A DNA stretch of 35,166 bases from a virus (IMGVR_UViG_3300008255_000281:1-35166); one strand, 5' to 3'; numbered from the stretch's first letter, positions 1 through 7,653 are shown. A program made the numbers and translations. The notes: a model not told the origin generated them from the letters alone.

Positions 1-2
1 AC

Positions 3-1016
3 GAAGCTCAAATAGGTCTCACAGGCCTCACCATCAAGCACGGTGTGCCATCATACGAAAGCCAAGACGAAGATGTCGCCACAGTGGATTCGAACGGTAA
101 TGTCACCCGCGTGTCTGATGGCACGGTACGGATAATTATTCGGACAGACGTGCTTGACAAATGGGTTGACGTCGCAGTGAGTCAGAATACGCCGTCGAGC
201 ACCATAGAGAATACACGCTTTGTGGTTGGTTCACTGGCGGACAATATGTGCCACCAGATCGATGATAGGATCGCTGGAAAGACGCCGTCTACCACAAAGC
301 CCATCTATACGATACAAAACCACTCTGGCGGTGTCTACGTCAGAAACATGAACTGTTGGGCTTCAGATGTCGATTTAACAGCTATTAGCCCGTGGAATAG
401 CAACGCTGGAAATAAAAAAGCGGGGACGCTCATCAGCCCGAGACATATAGTTTTCGCAAACCATTACACATATCCGAATGGCACGACTATTCGTTTTATC
501 ACGAACGACAATCAAATTATCGAGAGAACACTCCAATCACAAACACGCATAGGATCAACAGATATTCAAGTTGGTCTACTAAACAGCGACGTCCCTGGAA
601 CCATTACTTTCGCAAAAACTCTACCCACAAACTTCACAAACTATCTGGCTTCTTATTCCACAGGCTTTGCTCCGTACCCGCTGTATGTACCTATAGCGTC
701 TGTCGATCAAGAAGAGAAACTGTTAGTGTCTAACTGTGCACGAATTAACTCAGAAATACAAATAACTACTCCAAGCAACACCACATATTCTGACCGATAC
801 GATTTTTATGAAACTATAATTGTAGGAGATTCTGGTAACCCTATTTTTGTTTTGATAAATAATGAATTGGTTTTGTTATCTTGTTTTGAAACAAATCTCG
901 GTGGACAAAGTTTGACGAACAATTATACTGCGATAAACACAGCGATGACAACACTCGGAGGAGGCTATCAGTTGACTGATATTGATTTGATTAGTTTTCC
1001 AAGTTATAATAATTAA
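3..1016 (+). CDS. Ig-like (Big_2-type) domain plus trypsin-like serine protease; 5' part lies outside the left edge (probably 35001..35166)
   Basis: Frame is open from base 3 with no upstream stop; YESQDEDVATVDSNGNVT is Big_2-like; LISPRHIVFANH (His), TDIQVG (Asp) and GDSGNP (Ser) match the trypsin triad. Confidence 0.75.
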   Translation, partial: EAQIGLTGLTIKHGVPSYESQDEDVATVDSNGNVTRVSDGTVRIIIRTDVLDKWVDVAVSQNTPSSTIENTRFVVGSLADNMCHQIDDRIAGKTPSTTKPIYTIQNHSGGVYVRNMNCWASDVDLTAISPWNSNAGNKKAGTLISPRHIVFANHYTYPNGTTIRFITNDNQIIERTLQSQTRIGSTDIQVGLLNSDVPGTITFAKTLPTNFTNYLASYSTGFAPYPLYVPIASVDQEEKLLVSNCARINSEIQITTPSNTTYSDRYDFYETIIVGDSGNPIFVLINNELVLLSCFETNLGGQSLTNNYTAINTAMTTLGGGYQLTDIDLISFPSYNN

Positions 1017-1029
1017 TACAATTAAGACA

Positions 1030-1848
1030 ATGAGAAACTACGGTTTAAAAATTGAAGAACAAAAACCAGAAGACTATGTCTTCGGTGGTGCATCTCCAGT
1101 GCCGTTCGATATTTTACAGCCTAATGGTGATTGGACTGATTATACACCTGAAAAAGAATTGCAATCGCCTAATGGTTTTGAATCTTACGCTTGTGCCACG
1201 TTTGCCACGCTCAATGCGATCGAGACTCTGATTTTTAAGCAGTATGGAATAAAAGAAAACTTTTCCGATAGATTTTTAGCCGCCGCTTCTGGCACAAAAG
1301 AAGGTGGAAATAGTCCGCACGTTGTCGCCGAGTACATCCGCAAAGTGGGTCTCATTCTTGAGGGAGAATATCCCTACACTAAGGACATAGACACGTTTCA
1401 AAAATACTACGGGCCAATACCGCCCAAACTATATGAGATTGCTAGAGAGTTCTTGGACAAGTACGATTTCCTGCATGAATATGTAACCCCTATCGCACCC
1501 AGTATCGAAGAAGCACTTACCTCATCGCCATTGGGTGTATCGGTATATGCGTGGGTCTTCAAGGACGGAAAATATATTCACCCACAAGGAGTAACGGACA
1601 ATCACTGGGTGCTGATGACGAAGTGGAACAAAGATTCATTCACAGTTTTCGATACATATTCAGACGGCCCAGATGCCTCTGTGTGTAAGGAGGTTGCATT
1701 TGATTATATGCCTGCAATAATTAAGAGGTACTGGATTCAAAAAAAAGAAGTCGCACAGCCAATCGAGCATCTCACAGAAGGAAACTGGCTCACGGACATT
1801 TTGAAAAACCTATGGGAATTCATTAGGGACATTTTATGGCAAAAATAA
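1030..1848 (+). CDS. Papain-like (C1-type) cysteine peptidase
   Basis: DW..Y..ELQ...ACATFATLNAIE (Gln/Cys), FSDRFLA, DNHWVLM (His), VFDTY; amphipathic C-terminal helix. Confidence 0.75.
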   Translation: MRNYGLKIEEQKPEDYVFGGASPVPFDILQPNGDWTDYTPEKELQSPNGFESYACATFATLNAIETLIFKQYGIKENFSDRFLAAASGTKEGGNSPHVVAEYIRKVGLILEGEYPYTKDIDTFQKYYGPIPPKLYEIAREFLDKYDFLHEYVTPIAPSIEEALTSSPLGVSVYAWVFKDGKYIHPQGVTDNHWVLMTKWNKDSFTVFDTYSDGPDASVCKEVAFDYMPAIIKRYWIQKKEVAQPIEHLTEGNWLTDILKNLWEFIRDILWQK

Positions 1849-2315
1849 CAATAAGAAGTAAAGGGGTTGTTTTCACTGTTTTATTTGATGACGAGGATTT
1901 AGATTTAATTTCAAATTATAGATGGTTTTTGCATACAGGTGGTTACGCTTATGCAAGTATTTGGAACGGAACACGAAAAACCAGAAAAAATATCCTTATG
2001 CACAGACTTATAATGGGGTTTCCAAAAAATATTGATATTGATCATAAAAACAGAAATAAATTAGATAATAGACGTATCAATTTGAGGTTTGCAACACGTT
2101 CACAGAACATAATAAATAAAAAAGTATCTGGTATTAGAAAAAAGATATTATCTGGTGGTAAAGTGCGTTGGCAGGCAAGAATAAAAATAAATCAAAAAGA
2201 GAATTTTTTAGGTGTGTTTAACACAAAGAAAGAAGCTCAAAAAGCTAGGGCAAGAAAGGAATATGATTATTACGGTGAATTTGCTTGTAATTACCAAGAT
2301 TTATTACATATATGA
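1836..2315 (+). CDS. HNH homing endonuclease with AP2-like C-terminal DNA-binding domain
   Basis: MHRLIMG...DIDHKNRNKLDNRRINLR; WQARIKIN...LGVFNTKKEA...YGEFA. Confidence 0.9.
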   Translation: MAKITIRSKGVVFTVLFDDEDLDLISNYRWFLHTGGYAYASIWNGTRKTRKNILMHRLIMGFPKNIDIDHKNRNKLDNRRINLRFATRSQNIINKKVSGIRKKILSGGKVRWQARIKINQKENFLGVFNTKKEAQKARARKEYDYYGEFACNYQDLLHI

Positions 2316-2989
2316 ATACTATAAAATATATAGCAGTCCACGCTTTCGGAGGATTGGCGCACGACCCAAAAGCCAAAACTGCCCATCTCACCGAGAAGCA
2401 TATCAACGAGGCACATAAGCAACGTTGGCCGGACTTCCCGTCAAAACTCAATGGCTCGTACATAGGGTACAACGTCATAATTTGGCCAGACGGTAGTTTT
2501 AAGCAATTCCGCATGGTCGGAGAAGAGACTGCCGCCCAGAAAGGCAATAATTTTGACACAATCTCGATTTGCCTCGCCGGCAACTTCACCCAAGGCGTGG
2601 AAAGCCCTACAATCGAGCAGGAAAAGACTTTGCGCCGTCTATGCAAGAATATACTAAACAGTGGTATATCGCTCATAGACGAGCTTGTAGTGCATCCTAG
2701 CGCGACGATAGCGTGTTCTTCGAGTCGTATTTACCCTCACCGAGTCCTCCAGCCAAATCATACCGAGTGCTATGGGTCTGCATTGTCTGATGACTGGGCA
2801 CGGTTGATTGTGCTTGCCAAGGAGACCGAAGACGAAAAACAGAAGACCATTGATGAACTGCGCGCACAGATAACTATTCTCCAGCAGATAATCCAAGTCC
2901 TACTTAAAATCAAAAACCTCATTTCTGGTGCTCTCACCCCTAAGCCAGAATTATCGGGGTCGGAAAAAGACTGCCATGGTTGCATATAA
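2312..2989 (+). CDS. Endolysin, N-acetylmuramoyl-L-alanine amidase (Amidase_2 family) with C-terminal coiled coil
   Basis: IAVH, IGYNVII, ISICLAGNF, PT.EQ, PHR...TECYG zinc-amidase motifs. Confidence 0.85.
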   Translation: MNTIKYIAVHAFGGLAHDPKAKTAHLTEKHINEAHKQRWPDFPSKLNGSYIGYNVIIWPDGSFKQFRMVGEETAAQKGNNFDTISICLAGNFTQGVESPTIEQEKTLRRLCKNILNSGISLIDELVVHPSATIACSSSRIYPHRVLQPNHTECYGSALSDDWARLIVLAKETEDEKQKTIDELRAQITILQQIIQVLLKIKNLISGALTPKPELSGSEKDCHGCI

Positions 2990-2999
2990 CTTATTTTAC

Positions 3000-3116
3000 T
3001 CCTCATTGACGAGCTATTGTTGCGGTTTCGACTGCGACTTTGGGCCGGATGTCACTAGGCCGTGAAACGAAAGGACATATTTTTAATCTTTTGTGTGTTC
3101 ACGGCCAGTATGGGGA
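3000..3116 (+). ncRNA. Putative structured RNA (three-way junction with UUCG-capped hairpin)
   Basis: TCCTCAT(3000)/ATGGGGA(3110) closing stem; GTTGCGGT-TTCG-ACTGCGAC hairpin at 3019-3038; GGCCGTGAA(3058)/TTCACGGCC(3098) stem. Confidence 0.45.
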
Positions 3117-3141
3117 TAGCGTTTCTTTACTTTATTTTTAA

Positions 3142-3150
3142 TGGTAAAAT
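3142..3150 (+). promoter_or_regulatory. Extended -10 promoter (TGGTAAAAT) 6 nt before the holin ATG; probable leaderless transcript
   Basis: TGnTAAAAT motif; near-identical ATGGTAAAATAGTGG(T/G)ATG also at 11432-11450. Confidence 0.5.
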
Positions 3151-3156
3151 AGTGGT

Positions 3157-3357
3157 ATGCCAGTATATTCATCAGAGTATTTGGCCGTAATTGTGATGGT
3201 TCTTGCTAAGGTTTTACCTTTAGTCGGAATCGAAGTCGGGAGCGAAGCTCTCACCACAACTGCCACGACACTTATTGCTGTCGTGTCAGGATTGTATCTC
3301 CTCTTTAAGAGGTGGAAACGTGGTGGTGTATCAGCTCTCGGAGTTCGCACCCAGTAA
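3157..3357 (+). CDS. Putative holin (2 TM helices, basic C-terminus)
   Basis: Two hydrophobic segments, KRWKRGG tail, adjacent to the amidase. Confidence 0.65.
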   Translation: MPVYSSEYLAVIVMVLAKVLPLVGIEVGSEALTTTATTLIAVVSGLYLLFKRWKRGGVSALGVRTQ

Positions 3358-3413
3358 CGGCAAAGACGGTTTCGTTTCGCTCGTCGCTTGACAGACCGTC
3401 GAGCATATTCAGA

Positions 3414-3891
3414 ATGAAATAATTATAAATCTATTTTATATCTTCTTGTTGGATTATTTTTTTCAATCAATCGACCGACTCCAGTAGTAGAATCTCCCAC
3501 GGTCTATTATGCTGAACAAACACTCTCCGAGCCTAAGGAGATTATTCCTGTTATTGCCGAAGATAAACACCCCAAACAGTACATCCTAGATAGGATTGAT
3601 TATTACGCACAAAAACATGATGTATCTGCTTCATATATAACGAAAATTGTTTCCTGTGAAACAGGAGGCACGTTCGATCCGAACATCCAAAGTTTCATGG
3701 AATACAAAAAGGACAACCGCTGGGGATTGACTGGGCGTGAGCAATCTTTTGGGCTTGCACAAATCCACTTACCAGACTGGCCGAGTGTCACACAAGAACA
3801 AGCACGAGATGTAGATTTTGCTTTAGATTTTATGGCGAGCAATCTTTCAGAGGGTAAGAATATATGGAGTTGCAAGCGTTATGTTGAATAA
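3414..3891 (+). CDS. Lysozyme-like/lytic transglycosylase with N-terminal hydrophobic anchor; start uncertain (ATG 3414 is out of frame by +1)
   Basis: Frame is open from 3418 to 3891: NNYKSILYLLVGLFF...KIVSCETGG...SFGLAQIH...FALDFMA...W; only the last 64 aa appear in the ORF track. Confidence 0.7.
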
Positions 3892-3922
3892 TCCAGAATC
3901 GAGGAATATAATATGGTGGACA

Positions 3923-4060
3923 TTGTATTTTTATGTGAGAGGGGTTAATAAGCGACTTCCGTCCTGCCGGCAATGCGTCCGGGTTCGAATCTCCTCCTTG
4001 GCCGAATAGCTTATGTAAGGCATCACCCGATCAGCCTTACCCTCTCGCATAAGAACACAA
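3923..4060 (+). ncRNA. Putative structured RNA with 21-bp closing stem and tRNA T-loop-like motif
   Basis: 3923-3943 pairs with 4040-4060 (1 mismatch, 2 G-U); ATAAGC/GCTTAT; GGTTCGAAT at 3982; TAAGGC/GCCTTA hairpin; TATAAT at 3907. Confidence 0.5.
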
Positions 4061-4064
4061 AAAA

Positions 4065-4110
4065 GCTATCCACAGGTACCCCTTGCATTACCTACCGCTA
4101 GGTATATTAT
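4065..4110 (+). promoter_or_regulatory. Early promoter with upstream DnaA-box-like site
   Basis: GCTATCCACAGGT 4065-4077, TTGCAT 4083, TATATT/TATTAT 4103-4110. Confidence 0.55.
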
Positions 4111-4143
4111 ATGTATATAAGGGTGCTAATACCCTCGTAAAAA

Positions 4144-4275
4144 ATGACAAATAATCATGCCAAGCAGCTCGGCAAACTCGGCGGGATAGCCCGAGCGAAA
4201 AAGCTATCCAAAAAAAGACTGAGCGAAATCGGAAAATTAGGAGCAAAAATTAGAAAAGAAAAACAAAAAATATAA
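4144..4275 (+). CDS. Small basic protein, 43 aa (KGG-like motif, probable nucleic-acid binding)
   Basis: MTNNHAKQLGKLGGIARAKKLSKKRLSEIGKLGAKIRKEKQKI; TAATG overlap with the next gene. Confidence 0.65.
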   Translation: MTNNHAKQLGKLGGIARAKKLSKKRLSEIGKLGAKIRKEKQKI

Positions 4276-4466
4276 TGCCTAAAAACATCATCATCGCAAT
4301 CATCGTCCTCGTAGGTATCGCCAGCATTCTCGGCTGGTCAAGCCAGAGAGACGAAGTCATAGCACAGCAAGCAGACAAATATGTGGAGTGTGTCAAGGTC
4401 GAATACGGCACAACCCCAAGTCAGTGGTACGCAGAACATAATTATTATCCAGAATGTAATAAATAA
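4275..4466 (+). CDS. Small membrane-anchored/secreted protein
   Basis: Hydrophobic N-terminus, two Cys residues, translational coupling. Confidence 0.65.
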   Translation: MPKNIIIAIIVLVGIASILGWSSQRDEVIAQQADKYVECVKVEYGTTPSQWYAEHNYYPECNK

Positions 4467-4485
4467 AACCATTAAATGACTAAAT

Positions 4486-4650
4486 ATGGAAAAACCAGAA
4501 CTAACACAAAAAGAAAGCGAACTCTATGTTCAAATCGTCACACAAGGAAATATGGATGATATGTTTGAATTTGCTTATGCGATAGGGAGGGAGCGTTTTG
4601 CGAAAGAGCAACTGGAAAACTTAACCAAACATAAAATATGCAACAAATAA
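4486..4650 (+). CDS. Hypothetical protein, 54 aa
   Basis: Manual translation MEKPELTQKESELYVQ...KICNK; fills a gap in the operon. Confidence 0.55.
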   Translation: MEKPELTQKESELYVQIVTQGNMDDMFEFAYAIGRERFAKEQLENLTKHKICNK

Positions 4651-4799
4651 TCTGTCAAACCTGCCACGATACTGGCTATCTCTCCTGTGATGAGACCGAC
4701 ACAGACGGCAACATTCAACGTGGAGTAGGGAGAGTACGCTGCCACGTTTGCAACCCCAAAGAAGATGATGATGGAGATAGTAATTTGCAAGAAAATTAA
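4638..4799 (+). CDS. Small zinc-finger protein (DnaJ-like CxxCxxxG...CxxC), 53 aa
   Basis: Manual translation MQQIICQTCHDTGYL...RCHVCNPK. Confidence 0.6.
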   Translation: MQQIICQTCHDTGYLSCDETDTDGNIQRGVGRVRCHVCNPKEDDDGDSNLQEN

Positions 4800-4809
4800 A
4801 AATAAAACT

Positions 4810-5145
4810 ATGAAAAAAGAAATCAAGCGAAATGGAGACTGGACTTTTATAGCAACTGATGTTGAAGCTCATGGAAAAGAATTGAAACACAACGGTACAT
4901 TTATTTTCGCGACAGGTGAAGCTACGAATCATCACCACGCAATAGCAGTCAAAAACAAAGAAGATATGAAGCTCACGAAGATGTCTGACGGTTCATATCT
5001 CATTACTCTGACAGCAGAAGCGACAGTAACTCATCCTGAACATTCACAGAAGAAGGATTTATACATCTCTCCGGGCACATACAAGCTTACCCAGAAGCGA
5101 GAGAAAGACTGGTTTAGTTTAGCCACTCGTAAAATAATTGATTAG
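4810..5145 (+). CDS. His-rich metal-binding beta-strand protein, the type usually found next to DUF6745 genes
   Basis: GEATNHHH and HPEH motifs, PGTY...Q.E; ATG 4810 preferred over 4765. Confidence 0.65.
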   Translation: MKKEIKRNGDWTFIATDVEAHGKELKHNGTFIFATGEATNHHHAIAVKNKEDMKLTKMSDGSYLITLTAEATVTHPEHSQKKDLYISPGTYKLTQKREKDWFSLATRKIID

Positions 5146-5147
5146 AG

Positions 5148-6734
5148 ATGCAAAAAATAACAAGAACATCCACTAAAGCTACAGGCGGTATTACACCTGA
5201 AGAAAAAGTAAAATTAGACGCTCACGTCCAAATATGGAAAGACAGAATAATGAGAACTCAACCAATCAATCCAGATAAAATTATTCCCGCAATTCAAAAT
5301 CTATATAAAGTTTCTGGTTTAAAAGAGCCAAGGGTAATTATTGTTCCAAGTCCATTCATTGGAAGATTGGCAAGTGGATTAGCTTCCGCAGTCTGGTATC
5401 TTCGCAAAAATAAAAATCAAACCACTTACGCCGCCACTGACGCCGCCACTGACGCCGCCACTTACGCCGCCACTGACGCCGCCACTGACGCCGCCACTGA
5501 CGCCGCCACTTACGCCGCCACTCGCGACGCCACTTACATCGCCACTCGCGACGCCACTCGCGACGCCACTCGCGACGCCACTTACATCGCCACTCGCGCC
5601 GCCACTTATGCCGCCACTCGCGACGCCACTGACGCCGCCACTCGCGACGCCACTTACGCCGCCATTCGCGACGCCACTGACGCCGCCACTTACATCGCCA
5701 CTCGCGACGCCACTGACGCCGCCACTGACGACGCCACTCGCGACGCCACTCGCGACGCCACTTACATCGCCACTCGCGACGCCACTCGCGACGCCACTGA
5801 CGACGCCACTCGCGACGCCACTGACGCCGCCACTGACGCCGCCACTTACGCCGCCACTTATGCCGCCACTCGCGACGCCACTGACGCCGCCACTCGCGCC
5901 GCCACTGACGCCGCCACTGACGCCGCCACTTACGCCGCCACTTACCAAAACTGGCTTAAAAAATTAGTACAAAAATTCACTCCAAATTCAATTGAATTTT
6001 CGTTGGGTTGCATTAAATTATCTTATCGTCTACATCAAGGAGGTAATATGTGGGGACAATATGATTCATACCTCACTGCCTTGCGTGATGTTATTGGATT
6101 AACTGGTCTTGATTGTTGGGAAAAATATAAACCTTGGGAAGAGGCAGCTGTCGAAGGTGGATTTCGATTCATACACGAAGAATTTTGTATCGTTTCAGAT
6201 TTTCCTGAAATTCTAAAAATAAATGAACGAAATCAACCACATAATGAGTCTGGCCCAAGTCATCGCTGGAGAGATGGTTTTGAGATTTACTTCCTCAATG
6301 GCGTCAAATTTGAAAAAGAATTATATTGGAAAGTAGTCAAAACACAATCAGAAGGCGGTCTGTCATTCGCAGACAGAATGAAAATTGAGGACGCTGACCA
6401 GCGAACCCAAGCAATCAATCCAAAGTTTTGCGACATCAGTTCATTCATTACGGAGGCAAAAGGAGAATTGTTGGACGAAGTTAACAAGTTCGACATCGAA
6501 GGAAATCCAGTTAATTACAAACTATATAAGTTTCTTGCGGGTGAAATTTTTATAGAGGATGCGTACTACTGCTATTTTGATTGTCCTTCGACAGGCAAGA
6601 AACACCTTGAAGGTGTTGAAAGATGTAATACTGTCGCCGAAGCTATGGCGTGGTCGATGAGCAATCCTGATATTGGTGCGGTAGTTACACCAGAAAAGTG
6701 GAAACTATTAGTCCCATTAGCAGACGAAAATTAA
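5148..6734 (+). CDS. DUF6745-like protein with internal 4-aa tandem repeat region
   Basis: N-terminal LY...GL.EP...VPSP; C-terminal PHNESGPSHRWRDGFEIYFLNGV and CPSTGK motifs. Confidence 0.7.
   Translation: MQKITRTSTKATGGITPEEKVKLDAHVQIWKDRIMRTQPINPDKIIPAIQNLYKVSGLKEPRVIIVPSPFIGRLASGLASAVWYLRKNKNQTTYAATDAATDAATYAATDAATDAATDAATYAATRDATYIATRDATRDATRDATYIATRAATYAATRDATDAATRDATYAAIRDATDAATYIATRDATDAATDDATRDATRDATYIATRDATRDATDDATRDATDAATDAATYAATYAATRDATDAATRAATDAATDAATYAATYQNWLKKLVQKFTPNSIEFSLGCIKLSYRLHQGGNMWGQYDSYLTALRDVIGLTGLDCWEKYKPWEEAAVEGGFRFIHEEFCIVSDFPEILKINERNQPHNESGPSHRWRDGFEIYFLNGVKFEKELYWKVVKTQSEGGLSFADRMKIEDADQRTQAINPKFCDISSFITEAKGELLDEVNKFDIEGNPVNYKLYKFLAGEIFIEDAYYCYFDCPSTGKKHLEGVERCNTVAEAMAWSMSNPDIGAVVTPEKWKLLVPLADEN
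5421..5945 (+). repeat. GC-rich 12-bp tandem repeat, about 44 units GCCACT(GAC/TAC/CGC)(GCC/GAC/ATC)
   Basis: Seen directly; encodes ATDA/ATYA/ATRD/ATYI units. Confidence 0.97.
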
Positions 6735-6742
6735 CAAAAACT

Positions 6743-6871
6743 ATGAGAAACATAAACAGAATTGACCCACTTCTTCAGAAGCTCGGTGAATTATGGAAGC
6801 AACATCCTGATTGGAGATTATGCCAACTCATTAGCAATCTACACGGGACAGTTTTCAAAGCAAATCAATAA
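6743..6871 (+). CDS. Small phage protein, 42 aa (MR..RID...W...PD.RL.QLI type)
   Basis: Manual translation MRNINRIDPLLQKLGELWKQHPDWRLCQLISNLHGTVFKANQ. Confidence 0.6.
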   Translation: MRNINRIDPLLQKLGELWKQHPDWRLCQLISNLHGTVFKANQ

Positions 6872-6889
6872 AAACTATTCGCTTAGAAA

Positions 6890-6940
6890 TGGTATAATAC
6901 ATAACAACAGTTCTTTTAACACACAAACACAAGGAGGTGA
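6890..6940 (+). promoter_or_regulatory. Extended -10 promoter and strong Shine-Dalgarno for the moron
   Basis: TGGTATAAT 6890-6898; AAGGAGGTGA 6931-6940 before GTG 6944. Confidence 0.6.
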
Positions 6941-6943
6941 ATC

Positions 6944-7291
6944 GTGGACAAACATCATTATTATTTGTCTGAATTGTGCAAACTTCGGAATCTTGAAAAA
7001 ATTGGCGTGGTTGATGTCGAGGTGATCCTCATTGAGCCTACATGGTTTGCGGTTAATATCCAATCAACTCCCGACATTCTCATCGCCCATAAAAACGGCA
7101 ATTGGACTGTCATCGAGCTGAAAGGCACAACAACCAAACGCCACAAGGCAAGAAAACAGATTAAGCAAGGCGTACTTCTGCTGCAGTCTGTTCTCGGCGT
7201 GCAATCGGTCAGAATCACAGGCAAGTTTGTTGTGTATCATCCGCGGCACGGTTACTCTTATGAAGATGTTTACAAAAGGAGACGCCGATGA
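6944..7291 (+). CDS. Small PD-(D/E)XK-fold nuclease-like protein
   Basis: E...TPDILI...VIELKG...QI motif; strong RBS. Confidence 0.65.
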   Translation: MDKHHYYLSELCKLRNLEKIGVVDVEVILIEPTWFAVNIQSTPDILIAHKNGNWTVIELKGTTTKRHKARKQIKQGVLLLQSVLGVQSVRITGKFVVYHPRHGYSYEDVYKRRRR

Positions 7292-7548
7292 AAATCATCG
7301 AAGATTGCGCGCGGAAGCTCAACTGCACCCACTCAGAAGTCTTCATCTATTATCTCCGAGATGTGGTGAAACTCCGCAACTGGGAAGCCAAGATGTCCGA
7401 AATCATTATGGACTATAACCATCGTGATATACTCCCCACGCAATACGTCCCCACTCTCGTAGATTGGGCGATAGATGTCATCACCAGTAGGGTAGCAATC
7501 CTGCCCCAAGACCTGCACGCTCAAAAGCGTGCACCAAAAACCCCCTAG
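7288..7548 (+). CDS. Hypothetical protein coupled to the nuclease-like gene
   Basis: ATGA overlap; followed by a terminator. Confidence 0.6.
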   Translation: MKIIEDCARKLNCTHSEVFIYYLRDVVKLRNWEAKMSEIIMDYNHRDILPTQYVPTLVDWAIDVITSRVAILPQDLHAQKRAPKTP

Positions 7549-7575
7549 CTTTACGGCTCGGGGGTAAGTTTTTTT
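7540..7575 (+). terminator. Rho-independent terminator
   Basis: ACCCCC-TAGC...GCTC-GGGGGT stem followed by a T7 run. Confidence 0.6.
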
Positions 7576-7588
7576 ACAACTTTTTGTG

Positions 7589-7642
7589 AATGTATACAAA
7601 ATACATGTCTTTGTTTACATTGAGTCAAATAATGTATACAAA
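7589..7642. repeat. Three TGT(A/T)TACA sites at 21-bp period
   Basis: Cores at 7591, 7612 and 7633. Confidence 0.7.
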
Positions 7643-7653
7643 CCGAAACTTTG

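Noticed and set aside
3001-3075. Hammerhead ribozyme (TTGACGAG...GAAA)
   Set aside because: Core is not CUGANGA and the stems do not fit the topology
3157-3891. Readthrough fusion of holin and lysozyme-like gene (same frame)
   Set aside because: Needs readthrough of two stops (TAA 3355, TGA 3415); a shared frame is likely chance
3960-4005. Canonical tRNA gene or tRNA-derived attP
   Set aside because: Only a T-loop-like motif is present; no cloverleaf or CCA end, and no integrase recognised
5421-5945. CRISPR array or DGR template/variable repeat
   Set aside because: Contiguous in-frame 12-mers with no spacers; no reverse transcriptase and no adenine-specific variation
5379-5967. ORFs 5379..5948(-) and 5608..5967(+) with SGGV/PPLT repeats
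   Set aside because: Shadow frames of the stop-free 12-bp repeat inside 5148..6734
6762-7025. 87-aa ORF
   Set aside because: Overlaps the better ORF 6743..6871 and spans a promoter and RBS
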